Source: a bacterium (GTDB taxonomy: Bacteria > UBA8248). From it: a DNA stretch of 64,000 bases. Shown piece by piece: positions 18,945 to 50,496 of the stretch; positions within the stretch are counted from its first letter, which is position 1; every line of letters starts with the position of its first letter. The notes beneath the pieces are model-generated. The model worked only from the letters and a program-made list of their open reading frames with translations. It made no database searches and was not told where the DNA came from. The DNA lies in the NCBI GenBank assembly GCA_965213685.1, contig CBDBZY010000007.1, positions 160,001 to 224,000 of the forward strand, in the 5' to 3' direction. The position numbers were made by a program, and so were the translations under genes.

Positions 18945-21155
18945 ATGGCCACGCCCACAACTCCCACTGAGCAAGCCCTCAAGAAGCTGGAGGACCAGCT
19001 CACCTGTGCCATCTGCCTGGACTCCTACACCGACCCCAAACTCCTCAACTGCTTCCACGTGTTCTGCACCAAATGCCTGCAGCCCCTGGTGCATCAGGGA
19101 GCACAAGGGCAGACCATCCAATGCCCCAACTGCCGCCAGCCCACCACACTGCCCCAGAACGGAGTCCAAGGCCTTCAGGGGGCCTTTCACATCCACCATT
19201 TGTTTGACATACAGTCTGCTCTCAAGAAGGTCACTGCGTCTCAGGATTTCCTGTGTGACAAATGCAAACAAGACAAGGCCACCCACTTTTGCCGCAACTG
19301 TGGCCAGTTCATCTGCCAAGTGTGTGTCATGGTCCACCAGACGTGGGAGGAGCTCTCCTCGCACGAGGTGATCACTATCCAGCAGCTGACCAGCGACGCT
19401 GCAAAGCTGGTCCCTTCCAAGAAGCAAGCCACGCCCTGTCCCAAGCACCCAGACAGGCAGCTGGACCTGTACTGTGAGACATGTGAGGAGCTGATCTGCC
19501 GCGACTGCATCGTCAAAGTCCACCGGGACCACCAGTATGACCTGGTGGGGGACGCCTTTTCAAAGCACAAAGATGTGATCGTTGCCTCCCTCCAGCCTGT
19601 GGAGCAGCAGCTGGCCACTGTCAGCAAAGCCCTTGAAGGTCTGGACACTCGATGTGGCCAAATCACAGAGCAGCAAAAGGCTATTGAGGCAGACATTGAG
19701 ACAAGCATCAGACAGCTCCACGAGGCTCTGGAGGCGAGAAAGCAAGACCTGATCGGGCAGCTTGAGCAGCTGACCCGACAGAAGCTGAAGAGCCTGGCAG
19801 CCCAGCGAGACCAGTTTGAGCTGGTGGGAACCCAGCTGAGGAGCTGCCGAGACTTTGTGCAGGAGAGCCTCCGAACTGGGAGCAAGGCAGAGATCCTGGC
19901 AATGAAGAAGCCAGTGGTGAAACAGATCAGAGAAATGACTTCCTCCTTCAAGCCTGAAGTCCTAGCACTCCAGGAGCAAGCCAACATGAAGTTCTCCCAC
20001 AATCAGCCTCAACTGGTTCAAGCATGTCAGGAGTTTGGAAGAGTCTATGCCCAACAAGTGTGCCCTGAGAAGTGTCGTGTCAGCAGTCCGGGGGTTGGGT
20101 TTATAATGGTTGGAGAAACAGCCACCACAACTCTCCTAGCCATGGACCAGGAGGGGCAGGAGTACCAGAGAGCTCTTGAAGATGTGAAATCAGAACTGGT
20201 TTCCAGTGATGGCTCCGTCAGAGTCGCAGCTGAAGTGAAGGGAAGAGGAGGGAACAAGTACGAGATCAGCTACCGACCACAACGCAGGGGACAGCACCAC
20301 CTGCACATTCGAGTGGAGGGCAGACACATCTCAGGAAGTCCATTCTCTGTCGTGGTTCACCCAAAGGAATTCACAGCGATCAGAACTATTGAATGTGTCA
20401 AGAGCCCATGGCGTCTGACATTTAATGGCAGGGGAGAGATGGTTGTTGCTGAGTATGGTGGACACTGTATCTCAATATTCAGTGCCAATGGAAAGAAGAT
20501 CAAGTCATTTGGCAGCCAAGGATCAGGTCCAGGACAGCTCCAGTGTCCCATTGGTGTGACAGTTGATGGCCAGGGGAACATACTTGTGTGTGATATGGGC
20601 AACAATCGTATTCAGAAATTCTCCCCTGACGGCACCTTCCTGAAGTCAGTTGGTACATTTGGCTCTGGACCACTGCAGTTTGATGGCCCACGTAGTATTG
20701 CCATACACCCTCACACTAAGAAATTGCATGTGATTGAAGGGCAAAATAATCGTATTCAGGTTCTGAATGAGGATATGACATTTTCCAGCACCTTCGGTAG
20801 TCGTGGTTCAAACAATAGACAGTTTATAACTCCATGTGACATTACTTTTGACTCTGATGGATATTTGTATGTAGCAGACTATATCAATCATCGAATTCAA
20901 GTCTTTAAAGAGGGCAATCAATATGTGAAAGAGTTTAGGAATGAGCTGATGAAACAACCCATCGGTGTCACTGTGTATGGAGGGGTGGTGTATGTTGCTG
21001 ATTATAGGAGCAGACACCTGTTGCTGTTCAGCACAGAAGGAAAGTTTTTGAGATCGTTCAAACCATTTGATGCTGGGCCCCACGGGGTAGCTGTGGATGA
21101 CAGTGGACTGATTTATGTGTGCTATGGCGGCAAGAGTTGTATAGAAGTATTTTAG
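18945..21155 (+). CDS. TRIM-NHL E3 ligase (RING, 2 B-boxes, coiled coil, filamin, NHL repeats; TRIM2/3/71-like), intronless CDS
   Basis: Single 736-aa ORF with RING CAICLD...CFHVFCTKC...CPNCR, B-boxes (CDKC...C..C; CPKHPDRQLDLYCETCEELICRDC), a filamin repeat (YEISYRP...HISGSPFSV) and NHL repeats (FGSQGSGPGQLQCPIGVTVD). Confidence 0.93.
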   Translation: MATPTTPTEQALKKLEDQLTCAICLDSYTDPKLLNCFHVFCTKCLQPLVHQGAQGQTIQCPNCRQPTTLPQNGVQGLQGAFHIHHLFDIQSALKKVTASQDFLCDKCKQDKATHFCRNCGQFICQVCVMVHQTWEELSSHEVITIQQLTSDAAKLVPSKKQATPCPKHPDRQLDLYCETCEELICRDCIVKVHRDHQYDLVGDAFSKHKDVIVASLQPVEQQLATVSKALEGLDTRCGQITEQQKAIEADIETSIRQLHEALEARKQDLIGQLEQLTRQKLKSLAAQRDQFELVGTQLRSCRDFVQESLRTGSKAEILAMKKPVVKQIREMTSSFKPEVLALQEQANMKFSHNQPQLVQACQEFGRVYAQQVCPEKCRVSSPGVGFIMVGETATTTLLAMDQEGQEYQRALEDVKSELVSSDGSVRVAAEVKGRGGNKYEISYRPQRRGQHHLHIRVEGRHISGSPFSVVVHPKEFTAIRTIECVKSPWRLTFNGRGEMVVAEYGGHCISIFSANGKKIKSFGSQGSGPGQLQCPIGVTVDGQGNILVCDMGNNRIQKFSPDGTFLKSVGTFGSGPLQFDGPRSIAIHPHTKKLHVIEGQNNRIQVLNEDMTFSSTFGSRGSNNRQFITPCDITFDSDGYLYVADYINHRIQVFKEGNQYVKEFRNELMKQPIGVTVYGGVVYVADYRSRHLLLFSTEGKFLRSFKPFDAGPHGVAVDDSGLIYVCYGGKSCIEVF

Positions 21156-21352
21156 AATGTATTCATGGTCCATTGAGTAGTTAGCGTGATGTATGTATGA
21201 TGTATGTATGATGTCATATCTTGTCTGGTATGTACATCATCTCTTAATTATGCTGTATTAGTATTTTATGCTTTAATGCCACAAAATTGTTTTTAGAAGG
21301 TCTTCTTGGTTTATTAAGTGAATCCCTGCTGGTTTCACATGGTGCGTATATA

Positions 21353-21421
21353 TGTTGCAAGACCCTAATTGGGATGCATGAGCTGCATGGGTGAATGCAT
21401 CCCAATTAGGGTCTCACAACA
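21353..21421. repeat. Inverted repeat/hairpin (27-bp arms, 20 bp perfect, 15-nt loop)
   Basis: tgttgcaagaccctaattgggatgcat ... atgcatcccaattagggtctcacaaca. Confidence 0.8.
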
Positions 21422-22191
21422 CATTTGTTGGCTGTTGTGGGCCTACTTACCCTAGCCACCCCATGACTTCCTCTACCACTTCAGCTTTGAGATATGGGCC
21501 TTTGAAATTTTGGCTGCCAGGCAACAGCCAACAAAATATAATACTCTGTACAGCTTGTATGTACATACTTCTCCTTGTATTATTAAACATTTTGAACTAA
21601 CCACCAAAATGGGGTGAATACAGCAGTATACATTCTAAAGCAGGGCACAAAAATGCATGGTGCATAAGGCTAAGTATATAGCATAGTGCATAAGGTTACA
21701 TGGCATGGTACAGTAAGGGTGAGAGGCTGGGATGAGGCTATATACAGCACCCCCTCCTCCAGGGAAAGGGGAACAAACCATTCACATGCAGTCAACACAT
21801 GTACTGTAAGATGGCTTCAGTGGATGTGGTGAAACTGACTTGACAAGTGTGTCTGTAGTTAGAAGGCTGGGGTTGCAGCACGCAATGCAATGCTGGGTTG
21901 ACTACGAAGATGTATAGTGGTCACTCAGCCACCTACTCAGGTCACTTGTGATATAATGGCATACACTTGAATCTCTATTAAACAGCCACCTCTCTATTAC
22001 AGCCATTTCACAATGTATTGCCCATAGGTGATCACTATAGTCATTATAAGCATGACTGTGATTGGTACTTTGTAATTGGAGTATTCACTATGGCATGGAA
22101 GGTAAAATTAATATTAACATTGAAAATTAAAATTAATTTTGGATGGTGTAAAACTCATAAACACATATACATAAATAATAGACTATCATGA

Positions 22192-26150
<3,959 letters not shown>

Positions 26151-26258
26151 AGCAAAGTTGGCGGCGCGCGCATACTGTTGTAGGCGTGTCTAACTGGCAG
26201 GTTAACGAGCCCCGCCCTCACATTGCAATGCAGCTTTGTGCGAGATAAACAAATCGCA

Positions 26259-27122
26259 ATGGGTTTTGACGTCCAACGTTTCGATGGAGAGGTTGGAGAA
26301 GACCTGATCTGTCAATTCTGCTCTAAAGTACTTGAAAAGCCCACCTCGAGCGCCTGTAGCCATGTATTCTGCTCTGGCTGCGTTCAGAAAGCGGCCGGTA
26401 AGGAGCTCGACTGTCCGAAATGTGGCAGTGTAATAAAACCGGCCGCCAGTGATTCGGACAAACATGCCGAAGAGCTGGCCGAGAGACTGAGTCAGTTGAG
26501 TATCCACTGCACGCACCACTCCGTCGGTTGCTCGGCCGTCATGCCTTGGGGGGAGTTGGAACATCACGCAGAGAGGGAGTGTGACTATCGCCCAGTTCCC
26601 TGCAAACACAGAGGCTGCTCAGAGCGCTGCCCGCTGAACCAACTGGAGACGCACATGGAGAAATGCGACCACCGTATCGTGGAGTGTAGAGTGTGCAAGG
26701 CCTGCCTACCCCGCAAAGACATGCCCGCGCACCAAGCCGTGAAGAGATGTTACGAGGAGCTGAACAAAAGGAAACGAGTGGCCAGCGCGCGTAGGATGTC
26801 CCAAGAGCTGAAGGAACATCGCTCGGAGATGCTCAGACAGCGACACCAGACAGAGCAGGCGGAGAGAAGGATCACGAGGGAGCACTACTTCCCTCCTCCC
26901 CAGCGTCGCCGCGCCATGAGCGCGGGACCCATCCTTCTGACGGCGCAGTCCGTGGGGGCGAGGGTTGGCAGCGCCATGGTCGTGCCGCACTACTCCCGCA
27001 ATCTCAAGAGCGCCGTCCTGGACACCTGCCGAGGCTGCTCGGACAAGTTCCTTTCCGGACGGAGACCAAGCGCGAGGAGACACTCGCACATGAAGGTTGG
27101 GAAGACAGCAACACTGTCTTGA
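26259..27122 (+). CDS. RING + TRAF-type zinc-finger E3 ligase (PDZRN3/RNF41/RNF151-like N-terminus)
   Basis: MGFDVQRFDGEVGEDLICQFCSKVLEKP...CSHVFCSGC...CPKC, followed by TRAF-type zinc fingers (CDYRPVPCKHRGC, CDHRIVECRVC). A short terminal exon at ~27294-27359 is possible via a donor at ~27096. Confidence 0.85.
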   Translation: MGFDVQRFDGEVGEDLICQFCSKVLEKPTSSACSHVFCSGCVQKAAGKELDCPKCGSVIKPAASDSDKHAEELAERLSQLSIHCTHHSVGCSAVMPWGELEHHAERECDYRPVPCKHRGCSERCPLNQLETHMEKCDHRIVECRVCKACLPRKDMPAHQAVKRCYEELNKRKRVASARRMSQELKEHRSEMLRQRHQTEQAERRITREHYFPPPQRRRAMSAGPILLTAQSVGARVGSAMVVPHYSRNLKSAVLDTCRGCSDKFLSGRRPSARRHSHMKVGKTATLS

Positions 27123-27645
27123 TTGTATGCACACTCATCTTATTATCTATCCTTTTCCCCCTCTTCTCCGTGGCCTGTGACGTGCTGTATCCCACACTAC
27201 CCATTACTGCCATAGCCGGTAAGCCAGCTCAAGAATATGCATGCTCCTGATAGGATTATACCTAATAAATGATCGCTTATTCTTTGCCTGCAGTGTGATC
27301 ACTGCGAGCACTGGAGGAGGTGGAACGGACCTCGAGGATGGGCCTCGGCTGTCTCCTGAGATCATGTGGAACACCCTCTATATTAATTTATACATGTTAT
27401 ATATAGTCAGTACATGTGCAGCATCTGTATCATGCAGGCAGTCTCCCCTATGAATATAATACTATGTTCATTACTTCATAAAATTTCTTTTTTGAGTGTT
27501 GTGGATGGATTCAATCATGAGATCACTGTGAATATAATAATGTATGCATAATAGGCTAATACAGAAAGCACTATCACTGTCATGGTTAGATTGTGTGGTA
27601 TTGAACACTGATCACTGTGTCTTGAGTCCTGTCGCTGGTGAGTAT

Positions 27646-28316
27646 TCATCCATCGGTTCTCTCTTTGATGCTGTGCTCTAACATGTTAGTAATGCCCTCA
27701 AACTTGAAGCTGCCGTCGAAGTACTGATTGTTGAGCATCATTGGATACCACAGAATGTCGTCTGGCCACATGTCACTATATGGGATCTCTGAGTGCGTAA
27801 ACCACTTGGGACGCATCTCTGAAAGACATTCACACAAGGAAGAAAGGGGCAGTAAATAAGAGGGAATAACAGGGGGATCGAGCAATGAAAGAATTAATAA
27901 CAGGGGCAGTAGTAATAGTGGTGTACGCTGTTTTGGTAATGCTGTGTACCTTCACTCTCTGTGACCTCCCCTGAGAAGTGTGTTGTCCGGAACACGTGCA
28001 CCTCCAAAATCTGGGGTTCGTTGACAAATTCAAAGAGTAGGACCCCCACTTTGTCTAAGTCAGTGACATCCAGACCGCATTCCTCTTTTGTCTCCCTGGG
28101 GGGAAGTATTGACCCATCAATTGAAATTCATACAGCCACTGCTCACCTCACTGCTGCTGCCTCGATGCTCTCGTCCTCCTGCACTTTCCCGCCAAACCCG
28201 TTCCAGCGCCCGACGGCAAAGCCACGCTTCTTGTAGCCCAGCAACACCTGCCGAGCGTCAGGCCTTAGCACGAAGAGCAACGTGAGGAGCTTGTTAGGAG
28301 GTCTGGCCTGCGACAT
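27646..28316 (-). CDS. NUDT1: 8-oxo-dGTPase MTH1 (Nudix hydrolase), 3 exons
   Basis: KLLTLLFVL...[42 protein letters not shown] (Nudix box)...EMRPKWF...[15 protein letters not shown]. Confidence 0.93.
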
Positions 28317-28481
28317 GGCTACGTGCTACGTGCTACGTGACGTGGCTAGCTAGTTGGCGGCTGGATCACGTGACGGTTGTGCAACAAATGTCACAATTCC
28401 GTTCTGCGGCTCTGGCGCACTGGAATGAGACTAGGAGAGGTGGGTGAGGCTGGTGTATAGACGAGGGGTCGGTACACAGCA
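28317..28481. promoter_or_regulatory. Bidirectional promoter NUDT1/EXOC3
   Basis: 165 bp between divergent ATGs, CpG-rich, with tandem TACGTG x3 and ATCACGTGAC. Confidence 0.6.
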
Positions 28482-35210
<6,729 letters not shown>

Positions 35211-35501
35211 TTTTGTCCAATAGCATGCTCTGCCATGCATCATGTGATCACAGAACCCACCCACTTGTAAAAATAGTGATATACAGTTATTCTGTAATTA
35301 CCCAAAGATATAGGGGTATACCCATCATGCTGTGAAAGGCAAAATTAATGTGGAAGTTAATTTTTAATCATTACACAGTAGAGGTATACTGTGTGGTGTT
35401 GGTGGTGTACAGTGTTTTGCACTATAATGAAAGTAGAACAGAAAGTTCAACTAAAGACATTTCTTTTGAATTGATACAATACTATTAATTGAATTAATGA
35501 A

Positions 35502-38500
35502 CTAGTCATCATCGTCATCCTCGTCCATAAGATGCAATAGGGTCATCTCTCCCTTCCCCCCCTCCCCACTCCCCTCTTCACCCATGGAGCTCTCGGCCAG
35601 CTGCTGGGAGAGGATCATCTGCTCCAGGTCGGGGTTGTGCTGCTGGTGAAGGGAGGAGGTGAAGGTGAGCTCCTCACACTCACACTTCCCCCCTCCCACC
35701 TTCACCAGCACACAACTGTGGGTGAGGTCAAAGCTAGGGACAGATACGACCAGTACTGACTGGCCCTCAGCGCCTAGAAGGGGTGGAGGGAGGGAGGGAG
35801 AAAGAGGCAGAAGGAGAGGGAGAGAGACGAAGAGAGAAGGAGGGAGAGTGTTAATTAGCTCCAGCTCAAAATTCAAGTACCTTACACTCACCCTGGACTC
35901 TGCAGTGGTGGAAGGCTGGCTGGTTGCCACAGAAATAGACGTGTGGACACTCATCCAGAATGTGTGGGTCTTCACTAGTGAATGGGTAGCAACCTGCCAG
36001 AGAGGTGGACGGTATAACCTCAGCAGTATAGCCCAACACAGCCGTATCACAGCCGTATCATCATGGATATTGACACATACAAACAGCACACGATAAAGCA
36101 GCATTACTATGGATATTCACACATACAAACATCCACATTAACGTGCAGAAGCACATAACAATATATCTCCTAAATCAATAGACAAAATCTATTCCATCAG
36201 TTACTTTCAGAGGAGTACAATTGTGCTATATAATTATTGCCTCTCATTAAGATCAGAGCAGTCTACTGTGTGCAGTGTGTAGCTCTGATGCCCTAGCCAC
36301 TCGGTCATTCTGGGCCCATGCTGCATGACTGTGCTCTGTGCTGCAGTCTCACTGAGGGTGTCCGGTGCTGTGGGGGTCATGTGTCTCCAGTGGAGGGTGC
36401 TCTCCAGTATTCGGAGTCTGTCGTTCATCGTGGAGAATCTATAAATATTGTCCACATTTTGACCCGAGGTCCCCACGAACCTGCAGCATTGAAATATAGT
36501 AAGGATGTTATATACTACTTCTTGCATGCTACTGGGGGTAGTCTTATGTGCTAAGTGCATGCTGGCAAGACTCAAATATTAAACTGTGGAATGTCAACTG
36601 AATGTAGCTAATTATTGTTCTATAAACACTTTACTGTCTACAGAATTAAAAAAGCCCCCCCCCCCCCCCCCCCAATTTCCCAGCAAAACACTACACACAG
36701 CCCCTCCCTCCTCTGCTTCATCCTCTGCCTCTCCTGCCCACACGTCTCCCCAGCTCCCTCACTCACAGCAGTCCACCGATGGAGGCCTGGTAGGGATTGG
36801 TCACCAGGGTCAGAGCTCCCGTTCTCCGAGCCTCCGGGAACATGCATGGATGCATTGGCTGCTGGGGTAGCTGGTAGTTGGCCGGGTCATGTGCTCCTGG
36901 CATGACGTCCACATGCACACACAACTGAAAGAGAATACTGCCAATGTAATTATGCAGATACTACACACATTGTGCAAAATCGAAACCATATACTGAGAAA
37001 TAGAAATGTACTGAGTTATTTAACTGAGTGACACAGTGAGTGCTATACTGAGTGATACATGTATATTGACTATATATGTGATATGTGCATTATGGGTTTT
37101 TTGGTAAGCAGATATTGTGAATGCTGATTAGAGGGCTTTGTGTGGACAGAGCTCAGCTCTACACTCACTGCTAGCTGTGCCAGCACATCGTCCAGCTCCT
37201 TCACTGCCTCGATGGTGTCAGCCGAGTAGTTTCGTGAGAGGAACTTGGTCTGCAGGGGGCCAGAGTCACGTGTGTCAATACTGCAAGTCATGGCAGCACC
37301 CATGCAGCACACAGCACTGGGAGGTGGGACACGGCAGTGTGTGGCTGTGATCCTGTCCCAGTACCTTCTCATCTTTGGGTTTGGAGGCCTTTGCTGGCTT
37401 GTCAGTGATGGAGTTCCCTGCAATGATAACTTGCACTATGTTGGAGCAGAGCCTCTGGTCCTGTGGGGGGAGGTGGTGCATGCTATTGCTGGAGGTCACG
37501 TGGTGTGCATAGCCTCGTACCCAGGCTCTTTGGGGGCGGAGGAACCAAAGAGCCTGGGTATGAGGCTAGTGGTGTGCAGTGCCCACTCACAGCTGGCCCA
37601 CCCAGCTGGCCTGTGACGTAGTCCACCAGCAGCTCTACGCTGAGCTGGTCACACCACGAGGACCCGAGATTCAGCCCTGACACCAGCAACACGTACCTGC
37701 ACACAGGAATGAGGACAACTATAGAGGCCTATGTGGCTAGATACATGATGAAAAGGCTTAGGAATACTTTTAGAGAACCGTGAAAAACCAGCAGCCACCC
37801 GGGATTGAACCGAGGGCCTCTGACTTAAGCTGTAACATCTGAGCTATGGCGATGTACATACTCCTTACTAGAAATACTACTTATCTCTAGGGAGTTTTTG
37901 TTCCACCATTTCGACATCTATGCAAGCATCATCACCAGGGAATTAAGCTTATTCTCATAGGTGCTAAAGATGCCTAGAATATAGATGCAGTTAGAAAACA
38001 AGGACTTAAATTGGTATGCACAACCTATAAGCCAACAGGCAAGCATATTGTAATGAGCTGGTGTGCTGACTTCTCTTCCTCCTCTGTGTCCATGGTGTCG
38101 GGGTCAGTCTGCTCAGGAAGCTCAGCAAATGTGTAGTCCTCAACCTCGAATGTTCCGTTCTTCAGCTCCTTCCCCAAGAGAGCCACGATGATACCTGCAG
38201 AGGCACAGAGCACACACTGACCTCCCACACCTGGTGTACACACAGTAACGGTATGGGGTCACCTGTACATGATGTGACGTGTGTATGATGTGTGATACCC
38301 ACACTGCCGGTCACCCCAGCACAGCTGATGAGGCCTGGTATTGCCGAAACGCATCCAGCACATTGGGTGACTGTTTGGCCTGAGGACCGTTCGTGGCCTA
38401 GGGAGTTGTGGTTCTCGATTTATTCACGATGAATGGTCATAATAATAGGGTGTGGGAGGCTGGGACAATGCTACATGCTGGTTAGAATTTAAACACATCT

Positions 38501-39388
38501 GTCTTGCTATTACATAACTGCAAAGGTCATATTTTCTCCTTGTGACCATGGGAACAACCCTGGGAGTAATGGGCTAGCTATTGTGATCTCATGCTTGGTG
38601 ACATTGGTACTGTGAAGCTTGATGTCTTGCCTCACCAGTCACAAGTTCTTGTGAGGGTATGGCTCCGCAGAGGGTGATTCTCTGACTGGAGTCCTCCACT
38701 ACTAGCTCATCGCTACTGCTCACACACTTCACTCTGGGAGGCTGGGGAAGGAGGTGGTGCTGGGAGGGGGGGAGGGGGGGGGGGGGAGGCAGAGAGATGA
38801 GGAGGGAGGGTGGTCAGGAGAGGGAAGAGGAGAGGGAGGGTTGCCTTACTGTGCTGCTGATCTCCTTGAGGATGGAGGGCTTGAGCTCCATCTTCTTGAA
38901 AAGTGTTCCAATAATGTAGCACCTTTGCCCCTCCTCCAACTCCATCAGCTTCTTCTTCACAATGACATCACTTCCTGCAAGTGAACGCAGGAAGACACAC
39001 TAAGACACACTAAAATACCACGCTTGTTTTTTTGCAGAAAATTATAGGCCACAACGTTGCAAATCTCTTAGCTTATTAGCGAATTTAATTACCTCCTGAG
39101 CTAATTAAATTACCTCACAAGTTATCAGGCTAAAGATTGCATCTCTCGACTGCCTCCCCTTCCAGACTGTTTCTTACCCCATTTCTTGGTTGCAGCTGCC
39201 TCCAAGTGACGTCTCATCTGCTCCAGTCGCCAGAAGTAAATGTGAGCGTACTGCGTGGCGTAGTGCCGCTCCTTCACCTGAAACTTGGAGCAACGGTTCT
39301 CGTAGCTGCAGCTGCTCCTGGTGTGCGTCTTTTCGAACTCTTCGTCCTTTGCTGTTGGAAGGGAGAGGTACTCTTCCACTTCAACCAT
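35502..39388 (-). CDS. POLD2: DNA polymerase delta subunit 2, multi-exon
   Basis: [106 protein letters not shown]. Confidence 0.95.
37510..37568. mobile_element. 59-bp palindromic insertion (mini-MITE) with a 10-bp target-site duplication, in a POLD2 intron
   Basis: 24-bp arms tagcctcgtacccaggctctttgg / ccaaagagcctgggtatgaggcta (1 mismatch). gtggtgtgca lies at 37500-37509 and 37569-37578. Confidence 0.75.
37740..37851 (-). mobile_element. tRNA-derived SINE-like fragment
   Basis: The minus strand reads gccaTAGCTCAG...gaggccctcGGTTCAATCCCgggtggc (partial A box, B box/T-arm), followed by a non-tRNA tail. The D/anticodon region is truncated. Confidence 0.6.
38307..38428 (+). mobile_element. Hammerhead-carrying dispersed element, copy 2 (POLD2 intron, antisense to host)
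   Basis: ccggtcaccccagcacagCTGATGAggcctggtattgccGAAAcgcatc...ttgggtgactg...cctagggagttgtggttctcgatttattcacg. It is homologous to the reverse complement of 79-283. Confidence 0.65.
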
Positions 39389-39456
39389 CGCGCCATTCAC
39401 CCGCCAATACAAGTAGCCACACCCCCATGTGGGCGTGGCAGTTGAAGCTCGAGGAG
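39389..39456. promoter_or_regulatory. Ultra-compact bidirectional region POLD2/MLST8
   Basis: 68 bp between divergent ATGs, containing CCAAT and an inverted pair gccacaccc...gggcgtggc (39416-39439). Confidence 0.55.
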
Positions 39457-42135
<2,679 letters not shown>

Positions 42136-42511
42136 CTTCACACACACACAGCATCTTGTCCCTACCTACTGTAGTCATTTTTGAAATACTGAACAATAAT
42201 TACGTATATTATACGTATGATTGTGGTATTATTAAAATCACAATTGTTTTGTGAGTTTTGTTTACATTGATAGTGTGAGTGTATGTGTGTAAAAATGTGT
42301 CACAATAATTATAAATACATGGTATATAGCAGTACATGTAAGTTACACAAATTTAATGTTTTCAAAGAGCTTATATATAATGATGTAAGTGCTCACTCTG
42401 TTGCATAAACCAAGGTTCAAGTAAACAGGGCAAAGGAAATGATACTGAAAGTGCACGTGTTGGGACTAGTACTACTGCTGTGCTCTGTAAGATAAGTGGG
42501 TAGTTAAGAGG

Positions 42512-50329
<7,818 letters not shown>

Positions 50330-50496
50330 CGCTGCTCACTCTTTCCACTGTGATACTCGGCACGGAATGTACTTGCTCTTGTACTTACGTTAATTTCGCG
50401 CAGAACAGTTCGCGATCTGCGCATGATACAAATTTAAAATCAACAAATACGGGGGTGACGCAGAACAAAACTGTTACATGAGTTGGATACAGATTC

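Noticed and set aside
18927-20002. Long antisense ORFs (201 and 253 aa) over the TRIM gene
   Set aside because: Explained by codon bias on the sense strand, with no motifs.
37790-37851. Possible tRNA gene
   Set aside because: The D-arm and anticodon arm cannot be folded into a cloverleaf, so it is treated as a SINE head.
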